A DNA stretch of 64,000 bases from Marsupella aquatica (taxonomy: Eukaryota > Plantae > Marchantiophyta). A model generated the notes under the pieces. It did not search any database and was not told where the DNA came from. It saw nothing but the letters and a program-made list of their open reading frames with translations. Positions within the stretch are counted from its first letter, which is position 1, and the number at the start of each line of letters is the position of its first letter. Made by a program: the position numbers and the translations under genes. This document shows, one piece after another, positions 1-12,822 of the stretch. The stretch covers positions 23,145,884-23,209,883 of the forward strand of contig OZ316891.1 in the NCBI GenBank assembly GCA_973895155.1, written 5' to 3'.

Positions 1-3000
1 CCATGATGGATCTGCCCATTTCCCTTTGAAAAGAATCACCTCTTTCCTCAAGCTGCTATAATTCAGTACCAAGATATCTGTCAAGGCCCCTACATACTGT
101 ACAGATTCTTCTATGGTTGCACCAGACCTGTCCACTTGCTTCTCAGTGAATGTAGAAGCCATCCCAGAATCAAAAGTGCTGAAAGCACCAGAATCACAAT
201 CACTCAAACACCCCAAGGATGGAATAGTCCTCCAATGGTGCCCATAGGCTCTGCATGCCCTATACAGTCGTGCCTTCAAACTAGGTGGTGTGGAGTATGC
301 AGATAGTAATGACCGCTTAGACTCTTTCTCAAAATTATGGGTATTGACTAATGTTTGAAACCATTCCCTGAAAGGTGGCAATTCTTGGCAGTTAGCGGGA
401 AATTCCACTGGTTTTCTTTGATTGGCAGGCTTCCTCATCCATTCTTTCCGGAAATCCACTCTTTGTTTGGTAACAGTCTCATTGGTAGCATCATATATCC
501 TGCATGGCAACAACAATAGTGAAGACATTAGTACACGATCCACCATGAATATACACACACAATGGGGCAACATAATTATGATCCATATGCCGAAGGATAG
601 GAGGGTTTAGGGTTTATGTACCTGTACCATGGAGCCACTTTCTCTTCATTCTCCAATATATAATGATGCATGGCCATCATTTCAGACCAATCCAAAGTTA
701 TCGCCTTTGCAGCCCCTTCCAAAACAATGCCTGCAACGCCAGCATCCTCCTCCAACTCCCAGGTTTGTTTTCCCTCTCCCTTTGCATCAATCATGTATTC
801 AGAAAGGAATCCCAAAGACTCATCTGATACATAGCCTTCAGCCATAGAGGCCTCTGGACGTGCCTTGTTTTGTACATAACCCTTCAATACCTTCAGGTTC
901 CTCTCTATTGGGTACATCCATCTGCCTGTAACTGGGCCACACAAGTCTAATTCCTCCACTAGGTGAATCATTAAATGGGTCATGACATCAAAGAAGCTTG
1001 GTGGAAAATGGATTTCCAAAATGCAGAGAGTGAATGCAACATCCATCATCAAATTCTCATACATTGAAGGGTCCCACACCTTCGTACAGATCTGGTGATA
1101 GATATTGCTCACCCCAGCTATGACCAAGCGAACCCCTTCATCAAGTAATCCCATTGTTGCCAGAGGGAGAATCAGTTGCATGAGTTGGTGGAAATCATGT
1201 GATTTCAACCCAAAGAGTTTCTTGGATTTTGTAACACACTTCGCTAAAGAACTTGAAAAACTAGTGGGCCCTTTCAAGGTCAATAACACCTCCAAGAACC
1301 TTGTTCTTTCCTTCTTGCTCAGGCAATATGGGGTTGGGGGCATCAACAATTTGTCATCGTTACGCTTGGGAGCTGGATTGGGTACAAGCCATAGGTGTTG
1401 GCGCACCTGTAAGAGCTTCATGTCTTCTCTCACAGAAGGAGTGTCCTTGGTCCCAATGATAGTGTGCACAATGTTGTGTGCAAGATTCTTCTCACAGTGC
1501 ATGGGATCTAGACAATGGTTAATGAGTAGGTGTTGGCGCACCTGTAAGAGCTTCATGTCTTCTCTCACAGAAGGAGTGTCCTTGGTCCCAATGATAGTGT
1601 GCACAATGTTGTGTGCAAGATTCTTCTCACAGTGCATGGGATCTAGACAATGGTTAATGAGTAGTTTCTGCAGTGGACACACAATTCAGAAATCAGGGCA
1701 TTGAATACAACTTTTGGCATCACTGGGCAGTAGTTTGTGCAGTAGACACAATTCAGAAATTAGTGCATTGAATACAACAATTACAAAATCTGGGCTACAG
1801 GAAGTATATGAAGAGAATATATTTCAAAGTCATATGAAGAGATTGCAGAAATTCATTGTAGTAGTATGGAGTCTTACATTCCAATAGGGCAACTTGTACA
1901 GACCAGTAGCCCTCTTCACTCCATGCACCTTTATGGGGCAGCTCTCATCCTCAACCTTGGTTCCTCCCTTCTTCAAATATTCTGTTGTCTCGTCTCCCCA
2001 CTTCTTTCTATCAGAGCTTGTCATTCTACACGGTGCAGGTCGACTCTCAATTGCACCATCAAAGTATTGTGCATTGTCTGGTCTACGAAAAAGATGCCTT
2101 GTTGCTAACCATCGACGGTGGCCACCGTACTCTAATTTCTGCAAGTGCTTAGAACCACGTGCCACACATTTTGGCCCACAGATGACACATCCTTTGTATC
2201 CAGAGTGTTGTTGTCCAGATATTAAACCATATGCAGGGTAATCATTGATTGTCCACAATAGCACAGCCCTAAGGTTGAAGTGTTGAGACAATCCTAGGCG
2301 TGGCAATTTGTCAAAGCAGGGCACTCCTTTCTTCCACAATAGTTCCAGCTCCTCATAGAATGGGCCCAATATTATGTCCAGTTGTTCCTCTGTTACTGAA
2401 TCAGGTCCTGGAATCAGCATAGCTAGCATGACAAAGAACTTCTTGGTGGTAAGCCAAGGAGGTAAATTGTAATTCAACAACAGTATTGGCCAGGTAGACC
2501 AAGCTGTGGAATTATTCCCAAAGGGATTCACCCCATCAAGTGCCAACCCAAATCGCACATTCCTTGGTTCAGCTGCAAATTTCTTATCAATATTTGTATC
2601 CACATGCTTCCAAGCCTTGGAATCTGCTGCGTGCCGAACCATGTTGTCTGTGCTTCTATTCTCATGATGCCAAGTCATGAGTTTAGATGTACCAACAGTG
2701 GCATACAATCTCTTCAACCTGGGAATTATAGGGAAATACCGCACCACCTTCCTTGCCTGTAATGAATTCCCCACTCTCTTCATCTTGGGCTGCTGACACA
2801 CTGAACAATTTTCTAACTTGGCATTCTCACCCCTAAAGAGCATGCAACCTTTCTCACAGACAGGGATTCTCTCATAATCCATGCCAAGCTTTCTCAATAG
2901 CTGCTTTGCAGCATATAAGTTCTTGGGCAGATTATGCTCTACAGGCATACCATGCTCCCCCATCAAAGACAACAATGCATTCACTCCTTTGTTTGAGAAT

Positions 3001-3737
3001 CCATGGCCATGACAGATGTTCAGCAGAAGCAACATGAATGACACAACATCTATTTTGCTGCCTGGGAACAAAGGTTGCATTGCTGCATCTAAAGATAACT
3101 GTGCAGGATCAGTCTCCACAGGAGTTTCAGAGGTTTCAAGGGGGTTTACAGGATGGGCACCTCCTTCACTCTCAGCATCCCCAAGTACAAAATCCAAGTA
3201 AAAATGGTCCTCATCATCTAGTTCATGCTTAGGGGATTCTTCATTGGTTCTCAGCAATGTTTCTTCCAGTAGAGCCCTGATATGTTCTTCGACATCTATA
3301 GTTGGATGTTCTTGAACATCCACAGTTGGATACTCTGGAACATCTACAAATAAATGTTCTTCAACATCTACAGTTGGTTGTTGTGCACAGGATGCCTGCT
3401 GAAGGTTTGCTACCCTCAATGCCTCAGGGCCATGTTGTGACATGTAGTCAGCACCCCACTCTTCATCAGAAGAGTCCTGTCCCTCTCCCACCCACACTCG
3501 ACATGCAGGGTACTGACCATGTTTAATAAGGTGCAGTCTAGCAGTATTCCGATTAGTCCTATAATTCCCTTTGCAGTTCACACAAGGGTAGTACATCTTA
3601 TGGTCCCCACTCTTGTGGCAGGCCTTCTGTTCTTGAACCCACAAAGCATCATCACGATGTTGTACTCTAGTTGGATGGAAGAGTGGCAACTTTGGAGTTC
3701 TACCCACACCTAACGTATTCTGTGGCAATTGTGCCAT
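1..3737 (-). CDS. CACTA TnpD/Tnp2 transposase (transposase-associated Zn domain + Transposase_21 + DUF4218 + DUF4216), 3' end outside the window
   Basis: Exons 3737-1878, 1667-622 and 499-<1 with GT-AG introns. Motifs: YYPCVNCKG..HLIKHG, RNVRFGLALDG, WTINDYPAYG, CVIC, LDPMHCEKN, LKSHDFH, THLMIHL, WMYPIER, QYVGALTDILVLNY..LFKGKW. No stops seen in the visible part. Confidence 0.95.
1392..1664. repeat. Perfect 135-bp in-frame tandem duplication inside the transposase exon
   Basis: 1392-1529 is identical to 1527-1664 (3-bp TAG overlap). It duplicates the 45-aa segment LLINHCLDPMHCEKN...VRQH. Confidence 0.97.
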
Positions 3738-4337
3738 GCTAGCTTGATTGAAATTGTATTCAAATTATGATTTTCAAACTGGATCGGTGTGACATGCATA
3801 CAAAATTGGGCCTACCATCACAGTTGTACAACCGATGCCAACCACAGTCCAATTGCTCAAACCCACAGAGCCCAGTTTCTCAAATCCACTGTAGTGGGGC
3901 ACCTTCTCCTTCTTGCATACAAATAGAGCATCACATACAGTGTCATCAGAATGATACTATGAACGTAAATCTTTGTGCCTTCATCATTTCCAGAATTTGT
4001 TTGCCTACTAGGAATGTGAGCAGACAGGTCTAGAATAAGTAATGTTTGTGACACCAGTGACAAATTTACAAGTGAAGTTTAGACATCAACAATGACCCGA
4101 GTCACACTCAAAGCACATGCATGAAAATCGGAATCCTACCCTGGAAAAGATAGTAAAGTTGATTTCTCAAAATTAATTGCCTCAATCCGCAATGCACTGT
4201 CGTAGAGTGTGTATACATGAGGAGTTCATCAAACTGCATATAAATAGTCCACATGTTTTAGCACTCTGAAAATTGTTGAAGTCCACGTGAAACCATCAAA
4301 AAACTCTATCTCAAGTTTGTGTTCCATCCAGCCTCAA

Positions 4338-4998
4338 TCAAATCCAAGATATGTGGCTCCTAGCAGGAGTGCCTAGTGTAGGGTCAATGTCATGGTCAGG
4401 ACAGTAAAACATCCCCTTCTTTGGCTGCCCATGCGCTGAGTGATCCCAAATTGTTTGATCATGGGCAAATCCCCTCTGCTGGATAAATAGCAAGTAGTCC
4501 TTGTGCCATGCCTGAGGACACCTCATGCACTGAACCAAAAAGCCATTAGCCCCATCATTGGGCCCCTGTCCACAAGTAAGACAAATATGGAGTCCACATG
4601 ATGCTGTGCCAGGAACTAAACACTGCTGACAGTAAAACCGGGCATAGAGAGGGTCTGGACATTTTCTTACCTCTTCACCCATTTTTCCAGACACATGACA
4701 CTTAAAGCAAGAATGTTCCTCATTCTTGCAATCAACACAAAGCCATTCTTCCAACATGGCCATCAGCTAGGGATATAGTTGGGCATAGCCATTGCTGACC
4801 CAAAGGACAGGAAACATTCTTATGGAAATGTCGGTGGCAAGGCCCATCACAAACAATGAGATCCCCTCCCTCATCACAAATCGCACATACATGTGGACTA
4901 TTCTGGTTAATCTCAATGTCTGAGTATAAGGACAATTGAGGTGCTTGAGAGGATTCACCTCTGCAACGATTCATGGCCTTCTGCTTATTGCGAGCCAT
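4338..4998 (-). pseudogene. EDM2-like composite PHD-finger protein (PHD module only), one frameshift at about 4764
   Basis: VCAICDEGGDLIVCDGPCHRHFH, then after a frameshift WLCVDCKNEEHSCFKC..EVRKC..CGLHICLTC..VQCMRCPQAWH..MFYCPDHDIDPTLGTPARSHISW. This follows the EDM2 PHD region, including its characteristic C-terminal IYCxxHEIDxxLxTPxRDH signature. ATG at 4998 lies just after a cag acceptor. Confidence 0.85.
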
Positions 4999-7271
4999 GG
5001 TCCTGCACACTCAGACCCTACATCAGATTGTGAAACAAGAAGGAATAACAAGGTGCAGCATGTCACACAAGAATGAGGGTGCAACATAAAATATGACATG
5101 TAACCACAAGGGTGCAACATAAACCAATGTTTTATGGATGGCAAAGCATTTAGGACTGAGCAGCACAAATAACCTTGGCCTATGATTGGAAGCAATCACA
5201 AATATTGCAACCTGTATGCCTTCGCTTGCTGTACAGCAGTGCTCACTCACCCTGCCTTTTTAAAATCTGTAGGGGCAACACAGAACAAATAGCAATTGAG
5301 TTTCAGCAAAGCATTCATTTGGCTCTCAAGTTTTAAAATGGATAGAGCAAACACAACAATGTGCACAACAAAGCACAGAGAGCAACAAAATTCCAGCAAA
5401 CTGAGACTCAGGCAAGAGATACAAATTTTAGCAGCGAAATCAAATCAAGATTCGGACCTGTAAGTTCAACATGCAGTGCTCAGTCACCCTGCCCTTTTTT
5501 AAATCTGTAAAAATCAAGTTTTATTGCGTGCCTTCTACATCTTAAGCTGTTGCACACATCTGTTACAGAACCATAAGTTGCTTTACTCTCAACTAGCTGC
5601 TGGTCCACCCACTTTTTCAAAAGCTGCACCGTACTCTATCTTCGTGCAGTCGTGGCATTACCGGGCTGCTATCAGAGACCCTTATGAAGAATTTAAAATT
5701 GACCAAGCTGATTTTAGTTTAGTTTCATCCAGTTTGCAGACCAAAGGAAATCATGTGTGAACGTCAGACAATTAGTTGTAAATACCATAGTTGAAGAGCA
5801 AGGCTTGTACAAAAGCCATTGAGGAATTCTTTGAGGTGGCACTGCAGTTGGCAAACCACACACGAAACTCTGAAACTTTTTGGCAACAGAATTCTACAGA
5901 GTCGCTTCTAGAATCCAGTGAGGATTCACCATACATGCCTGCACTTCTCTTCAGTAAAAAAAAAGTTGCTGAAAGTGCCAACGGCAGGGAGACGAAAAGT
6001 GAAGAAATGAGAAGTCTTTGGCACATTGATAACCAGTATGGTCCTTGGACTTCAGATGCAAGAAAGGAAATGGAAGAGACAAAAAAATCTGTAAAAGAAA
6101 GTAGAGTGCAACAGAGATCCAACATACGCAGATTTGGACTGTGGGAACAGATTTTTGACGCAGATTTTCCAGCAAGGGTTAGCAAGTAGTCTAGTACTTA
6201 CTAGTACTTACATTGTTCGATCGCAGCTCACTCATTCAGAGGAAAACAAATCCTCAAATTAATGCTCTACATTGCCTTTTTCCTCATGCATGGATAGAGC
6301 CAATGTCTATTGACAATCTTTTACAATTGTTATGAAGCAAAGTACTTGCTAGACGGCCTGGTCACTCATACTGAGCAAAACAATGAATGAACTTACCCCA
6401 CAACAGAGCACATAGCTACTCACTATGACATCAATATCACCATTCTTATTTTGTCAAAGATAAGGAAATTATCTTAGGGCTTGAATTTTTAAGTAGAAGA
6501 GGAAGTGCACTTTAGGGTGTCCGAAAATTCTCCGATGTGTTTGTCAGTAAAGTCCACAGTACCACAAATTGCCACAACTTATGGTTGCCGTTGAGCAAAG
6601 ATTACTAGTTGGATGGATTGTGATAATGGTGATGGCCCCACCCTCATGGCTGCCAATTGCTACGTTCAGGCATGGATGAGACCGAGAGTAGCAATAGTAG
6701 TCATGTTTCACACAGACGAACAGCTGAATTGAGATATGAGGAAACGATCTTGGTGCTGAGGGGCAGAGAATAACAAACAAAAAATGCACTCGTAGGGATC
6801 CGCAACAAATGAATTGTGCAATCAAAACGGAATATCAATCAAACATATATGAAACCCTCAGTCTACGCTTAGCCAGCACTTTCATCCAGAGAGTGTGCTT
6901 TTCACCATTCAAATCAAATTCCGCAAACTATAACAGACAAGCACAGTAAGTTGGCAATTGACAGACCAAGCATAGTGCCCTGAAACAGACTACAAATCAA
7001 CAATAGAACTCACTCTGCATTCCTCCCAACAGCCCTAGATTATTGTGAGTAGACTGGAACGGGATTTTTATTGGTGTTCAACATAAGAAATCTGTCTCTA
7101 GATGTGGACGCTCTAGAGGCTCTAGAAGAGAAAATTCAGTGTCACAGAATGAAACGCGGTGGCATTAGCATGCAGCAGAACAAATCTCTTTGTGGGAAAT
7201 GAGAAGCTTGACTCCCAATTAAAGTCCCAAAAAGACAAGAAGCTCACTCTACGAATGGAGATGGAGGGGAA

Positions 7272-7541
7272 CTCGTCCTCCGCTTGCAGCTCAGCCTCCG
7301 CTCGTCCTCCGCTTGCAGCCCAAGCTCGTCCTCCGCTCACAGCTCAGCGTCCAATCGTCCTCCGCTCACAGCTCAGCCTCCGCTCGTCCTCCGCTCGCGG
7401 CCTGAGCTCGTCCTCCACTCTCCGCTCGTCCTCCGCTTGCAGCTCGTCCTCTACTTGCAGGTCAGCCCTCCGCTCGTCCTCCGCTCGCAGCCCAAGCTCG
7501 TCCTCCGCTCATCCTCCGCTCTCCGCTCGTCCTCCGCTCCT
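7272..7541. repeat. GC-rich degenerate minisatellite (core CTCGTCCTCCG)
   Basis: More than 10 interspersed copies of ctcgtcctccg with gcttgcag/ctcagc spacers. Confidence 0.85.
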
Positions 7542-8989
7542 CACCCACAACTTGGAGGAAATGTAAAGAAGCTATTGCAATGCCAATCGATCGAAGCTCC
7601 TGGAAACATGTAGCGCCTAAGTCCTACCGAGGTGCTCCGTCAAACGCGCGCAACACACTCAAAAACAATGGCAGCCTGAATGGCTTCGGGTTGGAGCTCC
7701 TCCTCTAAAGCTTGCAAATGGTCAATAGTTTAGGGTCCAGGTCCAAGGCTTCACTGAAACAATGCCTCGCCCAATGCTTGCCCGATGTTACGCAGCGCAG
7801 TGATAAAGTCCCAAGAGCACTTAAACTTTGTGCAACCCTAAAGGTGAGAGCACTCCGCGCGGAAACTGATATGTGCACACCAAGAAACCACGACATTCAA
7901 CGTAGCAGATCGATGGTTTTTGGGAAAAGGGGCCCTTGCGCGAATGGTGAACACTTGTGCTGGAAACATGTCGCCCGCTAAACCCGGTCATGTTTACCGT
8001 TGGATGGGCTTAAAAGACACACACAATAGGGTAATTCACTTACCCTAAAACTCCTAAAAATGTCCTGACCCCCATAAGGCCACAATACCCTAAAACCCTA
8101 AAACCCTAAATGACTCTACACCCCCATCTAAACTTTAACTCAAGGGAAGCCCACCTCCCACCCATAGGCAGCCCCGGGCCAAATAAGGTAATTTCTGGTG
8201 ATTTCTTATAGGAGTCCTCCCATATCATACCACAATGACATTATATAAGGTCCTGATAATTAAAAAGAGAACCCCCATATTCCAAAATGTTTATGCCCCA
8301 CTAGTGCATGGAGAATAGTATGTAGAGTGTCATGCAACCCTCCTTAAATATCGTACCCCTAAATGACCCGATGTATGACTTCGGTCTAAAACAACCACTA
8401 GTTGCAGTCATTAGATCTAAATTTTTGTCATTGCCAAAGACGCACCATTTTGTTCATGTCACGATCAACTATTACCCCTACTCTAAAATTGGCCTGGCAA
8501 TAATCACACATCGATCAAAACGTGTTAATAATTTGTGTGAACTCTCTTATTTAAGGAAAATAGTGAAGTTTATTATAGTATTGAATGATATGGTATACCA
8601 TGTATGTACTATTTTGATTAGCACTTTTGGGGCCCCAAAAAATTTGGGTCCAAGGAATTACACATTCAGATGTGATAATATGTGATATACTATGTCATTT
8701 TTTAATTCATGACAACCCCAATGACTGCACAAGGGACCACGTAAATGACCAAATGTCCAATAATTTGTCTTATATGACACTTAATATGACCATTTCAATG
8801 ACACTATTTGTAGTCAAAATTGGTTTTTATGACACAACATTTGAATTATATGACATGCAAAATGACGGCGCCAATGACCCTCACTTCAGTCATTGGCATT
8901 AATGAATACCCTTAATCCAAAATGACCCAATGAAATTATGCTCCTCTTGTAGTGCCCAAAGTTCCATAATGCCTTCCCTAGACGCAAAA

Positions 8990-11915
8990 ACATGTCTGAA
9001 CATTTATTATGCTACAACTAGTGGTGGAATAGAAAGTATTGTATCCCCCACCTCGTGGAACGGTGGTGAGCTCTATGTGGGACCGCGTGGCACCCATTCT
9101 TACATTCAGCCCCTAGCCCCAAACTTGTCATTTGTGCTTCTGTTTAATGATTGCACAAGGGACCACACAAATGACCACAAGTCTAGTCCTTAGACTTATA
9201 TGACATCTCATATGACAGTTTTAATGACCCTTCTTGTAGTCATTGGCATTTATGACGGTCCGTTGGTCACATATGACCCAATGAAGGCCCTAGTACCTCC
9301 AAAGAGAGCCCCCAATAGATTCCTTGCAAGGTTGGAATATTCCTCTTTCCTAAACCCGCACCCACACCATACAGGGAAGCACGACTCCTTGCCCATTCCA
9401 TTGGTGCAACACCACCTCTTGGAGAACCACAAAACAACTTTTATTTGCCTTTTGGATGTGATGGTGTGCATGCATGGTAACACTTTTGGCAAATCACTCC
9501 AAAGTCGTACAACTTGGGAGTGATTTCCCCAAAGGTGCATCATGCCTTAAGTAAATGCAAAAACATGTGTCCAAAGTGTTTATGTCGCAACTAGTGGTTG
9601 GACAATGATGAGTATGGTGTCCTGCACCTAGTGGAGGGGTTCTCACCTCTATGTGGGGCCACATGGCACTCTAGGGCCCACCTCCAGCCCCTAGCCCCAG
9701 ACTGGTCATTTGTGCTTTTCCTTAATGACTGCACAAGGGACCCCTCAAATGACCACAACTGCAGTCATTAGACTTATATGACTGCCCATATGACAGTTTT
9801 AATGACCCTACTTGTAGTCACTGGCATTTATGACGGTCCATTGGTCACATATGACCCAATGAAGGCCCTAGTACCTCCAAAGAGAGCCCCCAATAGATTC
9901 CTTGCAAGGTTGGAATATTCCTCTTCCCTAAACCCGGACCCACACCATAGAGAGAAGCATGACTCCCCTGCCCATTCCATTGGTGCAGCACTACCTCTTG
10001 GAGAACCCAAAAATAACTTTTATTTGTCTTTGGATGTGATGGTATGCATCCATGGTGACACTTTTGGCAAATCACTCCAAAGTTGTATGACTTGGAAGTG
10101 ATTTCCCCAAAGGTGCATCGTGCCTTAAGTAAACACAAAAACATGTGTCCAAAGTGTTTATGTTGCAACTAGTGGTTGGACAATGATGAGTATAGTGTCC
10201 CGCACCTAGTGGAGGGGTTCTCACCTCTATGTGGGGCCCCATGGCACTCTAGGGCCCACCTCCAGCCCCTAGCCCCAAAATGGTCATTGTGCTTTTCCTT
10301 AATGACTGCATGGGGGACCCCTCAAATGACAATAATTCATGTCATTCCGCTTATATGACATCCACTGTGACATTTTTAATGACCTTTCTTGTAGTCATTG
10401 GCATTTATGACGGGCCATTGCTCACATATGACCCAATAAAGGCCCTAGTACCTCCAACTAGAGTCAATTTTAGATTCCTTGCAAGGTTGGAATATTCCTA
10501 TACCCTAAACCCGCACCCACACCATAGAGAGAAGCATGACTCCCCTGCCCATTCCATTGGTGCAGCACTACCTCTTGGAGAACCCAAAAAACAGATTTTA
10601 TTTGCCTTTGGATGTGATGGTATACATCCATGGTTGCACTTTTGGCAAATCACTCCAAAGTTGTACGACTTGGGAGTGATTTCCCCAAAGGTGCATCATG
10701 CCTTAAGTAAATGCAAAAACATGTGTCCAAAGTGTTTATGTCGCAACTAGTGGTTGGACAATGATGAGTATAGTGTCTCGCACCCAGTGGAGGGGTTCGC
10801 ACCTCTATGTGGGGCCCCATGGCACTCTAGGGCCCACCTCAAGCCCCTAGCCCCAAACTGGTCATTTATGCTTTTCCTTTTAATGATTGCATAAGGGACC
10901 CCTCAAATGACCACAAATGCAATCATTAGACTGATATGACTCTCCATATGACAGTTTTAATGACCCTACTTTTAGTCATTGGCATTTATGACGGGCCATT
11001 GCTCACATATGACCCAATAAAGGCCCTAGTACCTCAGCTAGAGCCAGCTTTAGATTCCTTCCAAGATTGGAATATTCCTATACCCTAATCCCGCACCCAC
11101 ACCATACTGAGAAGCACGACTCCTCTGCCCATTCCATTGGTGCAGCACTACCTCTTGGAGAACCAAAAAACAACTTTTATTTGCCTTTGGATGTGATGGT
11201 ATGCATGCATGGTGACACTTTTGGCAAATCACTCCAAAGCGCAAAAACATGTGTCCAAAGTGTTATTGTCGCAACTAGTGGTTGGACAATGATGAGTATA
11301 GTGTCCCGCACCTAGTGGAGGGGTTTTCACCTCTATGTGGGGCCCCATGGCACTCTAGGGCACACCTCAAGCCCCCAACCCCAAACTGGTCATTTGTGCT
11401 TGTGTTTAATGACTGCATGAGGGACCACACAAATGACCACAAGTCCAGTCACTTGACTTATATGACAGTCCATATGACAAATTTAATGACCCTACTTGTA
11501 GTCATTGGTATTTGTGATGCAAATGTTTTTAGAAATGACCCAATAAAGATTACACTAGCTCCTTGAATGCCCCATCACTATTTATTTGCAAATTAAAATA
11601 TTCCCCGTCCAAACATCGGCACAAACATGACACAATTGCAACAAAGGATGACAACCTTCCATTGGTATTGCCCTACTTCTTGGAGAGACAAAAAGGTTTT
11701 ATTTGCCTTTGGATACGGTAGTATGCGCGCATGTATATATGGTGACACTTCTGGAAAATCTCTCCAAAGGTGTATGACTTGGGAGTGATTTCCCCAAAGC
11801 TAGGTGCATCATGCCTAAAGTAAATGCAAGACATGTGTTCAAATTGCTAATGCCCCAACCAGTGGGAGGACAATGATGAGTATTGTGTCCCGCACTTAGT
11901 GGAAGGGTTATCAAC
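8990..11915. repeat. Tandem array of about 578-bp units (about 5 copies), each with an internal ~45-bp palindrome
   Basis: The anchor (gac)ttatatgac recurs at about 9193, 9771, 10350, 10930 and 11455, and near-identical pseudo-ORFs start at 9200 and 9778. The fourth unit has a ~50-bp deletion at about 11240. Confidence 0.92.
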
Positions 11916-11996
11916 TATACCAATGACTCTACAATTATGACCGGTGTCTGGAATGACTATTGAGTATTTTAATCTTCATATCTCTTGGGTTCTTTA

Positions 11997-12432
11997 ATGA
12001 CTCTATAAGTAGTCATTTATGCAATAAGTCCATAATGACTGTATGTTATTGTAAACATTGATATATCATGATTTTTAGATTGACCCTATATTTAGTCATT
12101 TATGCAACAAGTCCATAATGACACTATGTTGTTGTAAACACCGATATATCCTAATTTCAAGTTTGACTCTAGAGTTAGTCATTTATGAGAGAAGTCCATA
12201 ATGATGATATGTTTTTGTAAACACTGATATGTCCTAATTTCAAGATTGACCCTAGAGTTAGTCATTTATGAGAGAAGTCCATAATGACGGTATATTCTTG
12301 TAAACACTGATATGTCCTAATTTCAAAATTGACCCTAGAGTTAGTCATTTATGGGAGAAGTCCATAATGACAATATGTTGTTGTAAACATTGATATATTC
12401 TCATTTTCAGATTGACCCTATATTTTGTCATT
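11997..12432. repeat. 83-bp tandem repeat, about 5 copies (CACTA subterminal region)
   Basis: agtcatttat recurs at 12011, 12094, 12177, 12260 and 12343 (degenerate at 12426). Confidence 0.92.
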
Positions 12433-12805
12433 TAACACCGTTGGTTAAAATGACGGTAATACATTTTTTGTCATTTATCACCATTGTCCAAAATGACCCA
12501 AATAGATTTTTGGTCATTTCAATCATTGTCCAGAGTGACTATAATGTTGTTAAACACTGATTTATCATTGTTGTTATTAATTGCGTCATTTAAGACATGT
12601 GTCTAAATTGACCATTTAGGGAAATTGGGTCATTTTGGTCACATCAGTCATTACATACATTATACAAAATGACGCAAAAGTTAACATTTTGTCATTTCAG
12701 TCCATTGGTCATTGTGGACAGTCATTCCCCTGTCATTCTTTTTGTGTCAATACAAATTTTGGTCATTTATTCATCTCCGTCATTGGGTGATTGGTCATAA
12801 ATGGC

Positions 12806-12822
12806 CCTGTTTTCTTCTAGTG
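12806..12822 (-). repeat. CACTA terminal inverted repeat (right end of element A)
   Basis: cctgttttcttctagtg; the same 17 bp occur at 50392-50408. Confidence 0.85.

Larger units (their letters stand above)
1..12822 (-). mobile_element. CACTA (En/Spm) DNA transposon, element A; one end in the window, the other beyond base 1
   Basis: Terminus ...cctgttttcttctagtg ends at 12822 (CACTAGAAGAAAACAGG on the minus strand), preceded by dense ATGAC/GTCAT subterminal motifs. TnpD transposase at 1-3737. That the terminus and the transposase belong to one element is inferred from contiguity and orientation. Confidence 0.75.

Noticed and set aside
602-615. Telomere-like gggtttagggttt (also at about 8090 and 31154)
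   Set aside because: Only 2-3 units, consistent with ordinary telo-box-like sequence rather than an interstitial telomere.
1105-1704. 199-aa plus-strand ORF and other antisense ORFs over transposases and P5CS
   Set aside because: Shadow frames opposite well-supported coding exons, with no recognisable motifs.
7159-7613. Ser/Arg/Pro-rich ORFs
   Set aside because: By-products of a stop-free GC minisatellite that is open in several frames.
8299-8306. cactagtg as a CACTA terminus
   Set aside because: No AAGAAAA continuation; it is a chance SpeI-type palindrome, similar to those recurring in the array.
8990-12432. Repeat arrays as a CRISPR array, and the ORFs at 9200, 9778, 10280 and 11067 as genes
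   Set aside because: Whole units repeat without unique spacers, no cas genes are present and the context is eukaryotic. The ORFs break at different places in each unit.
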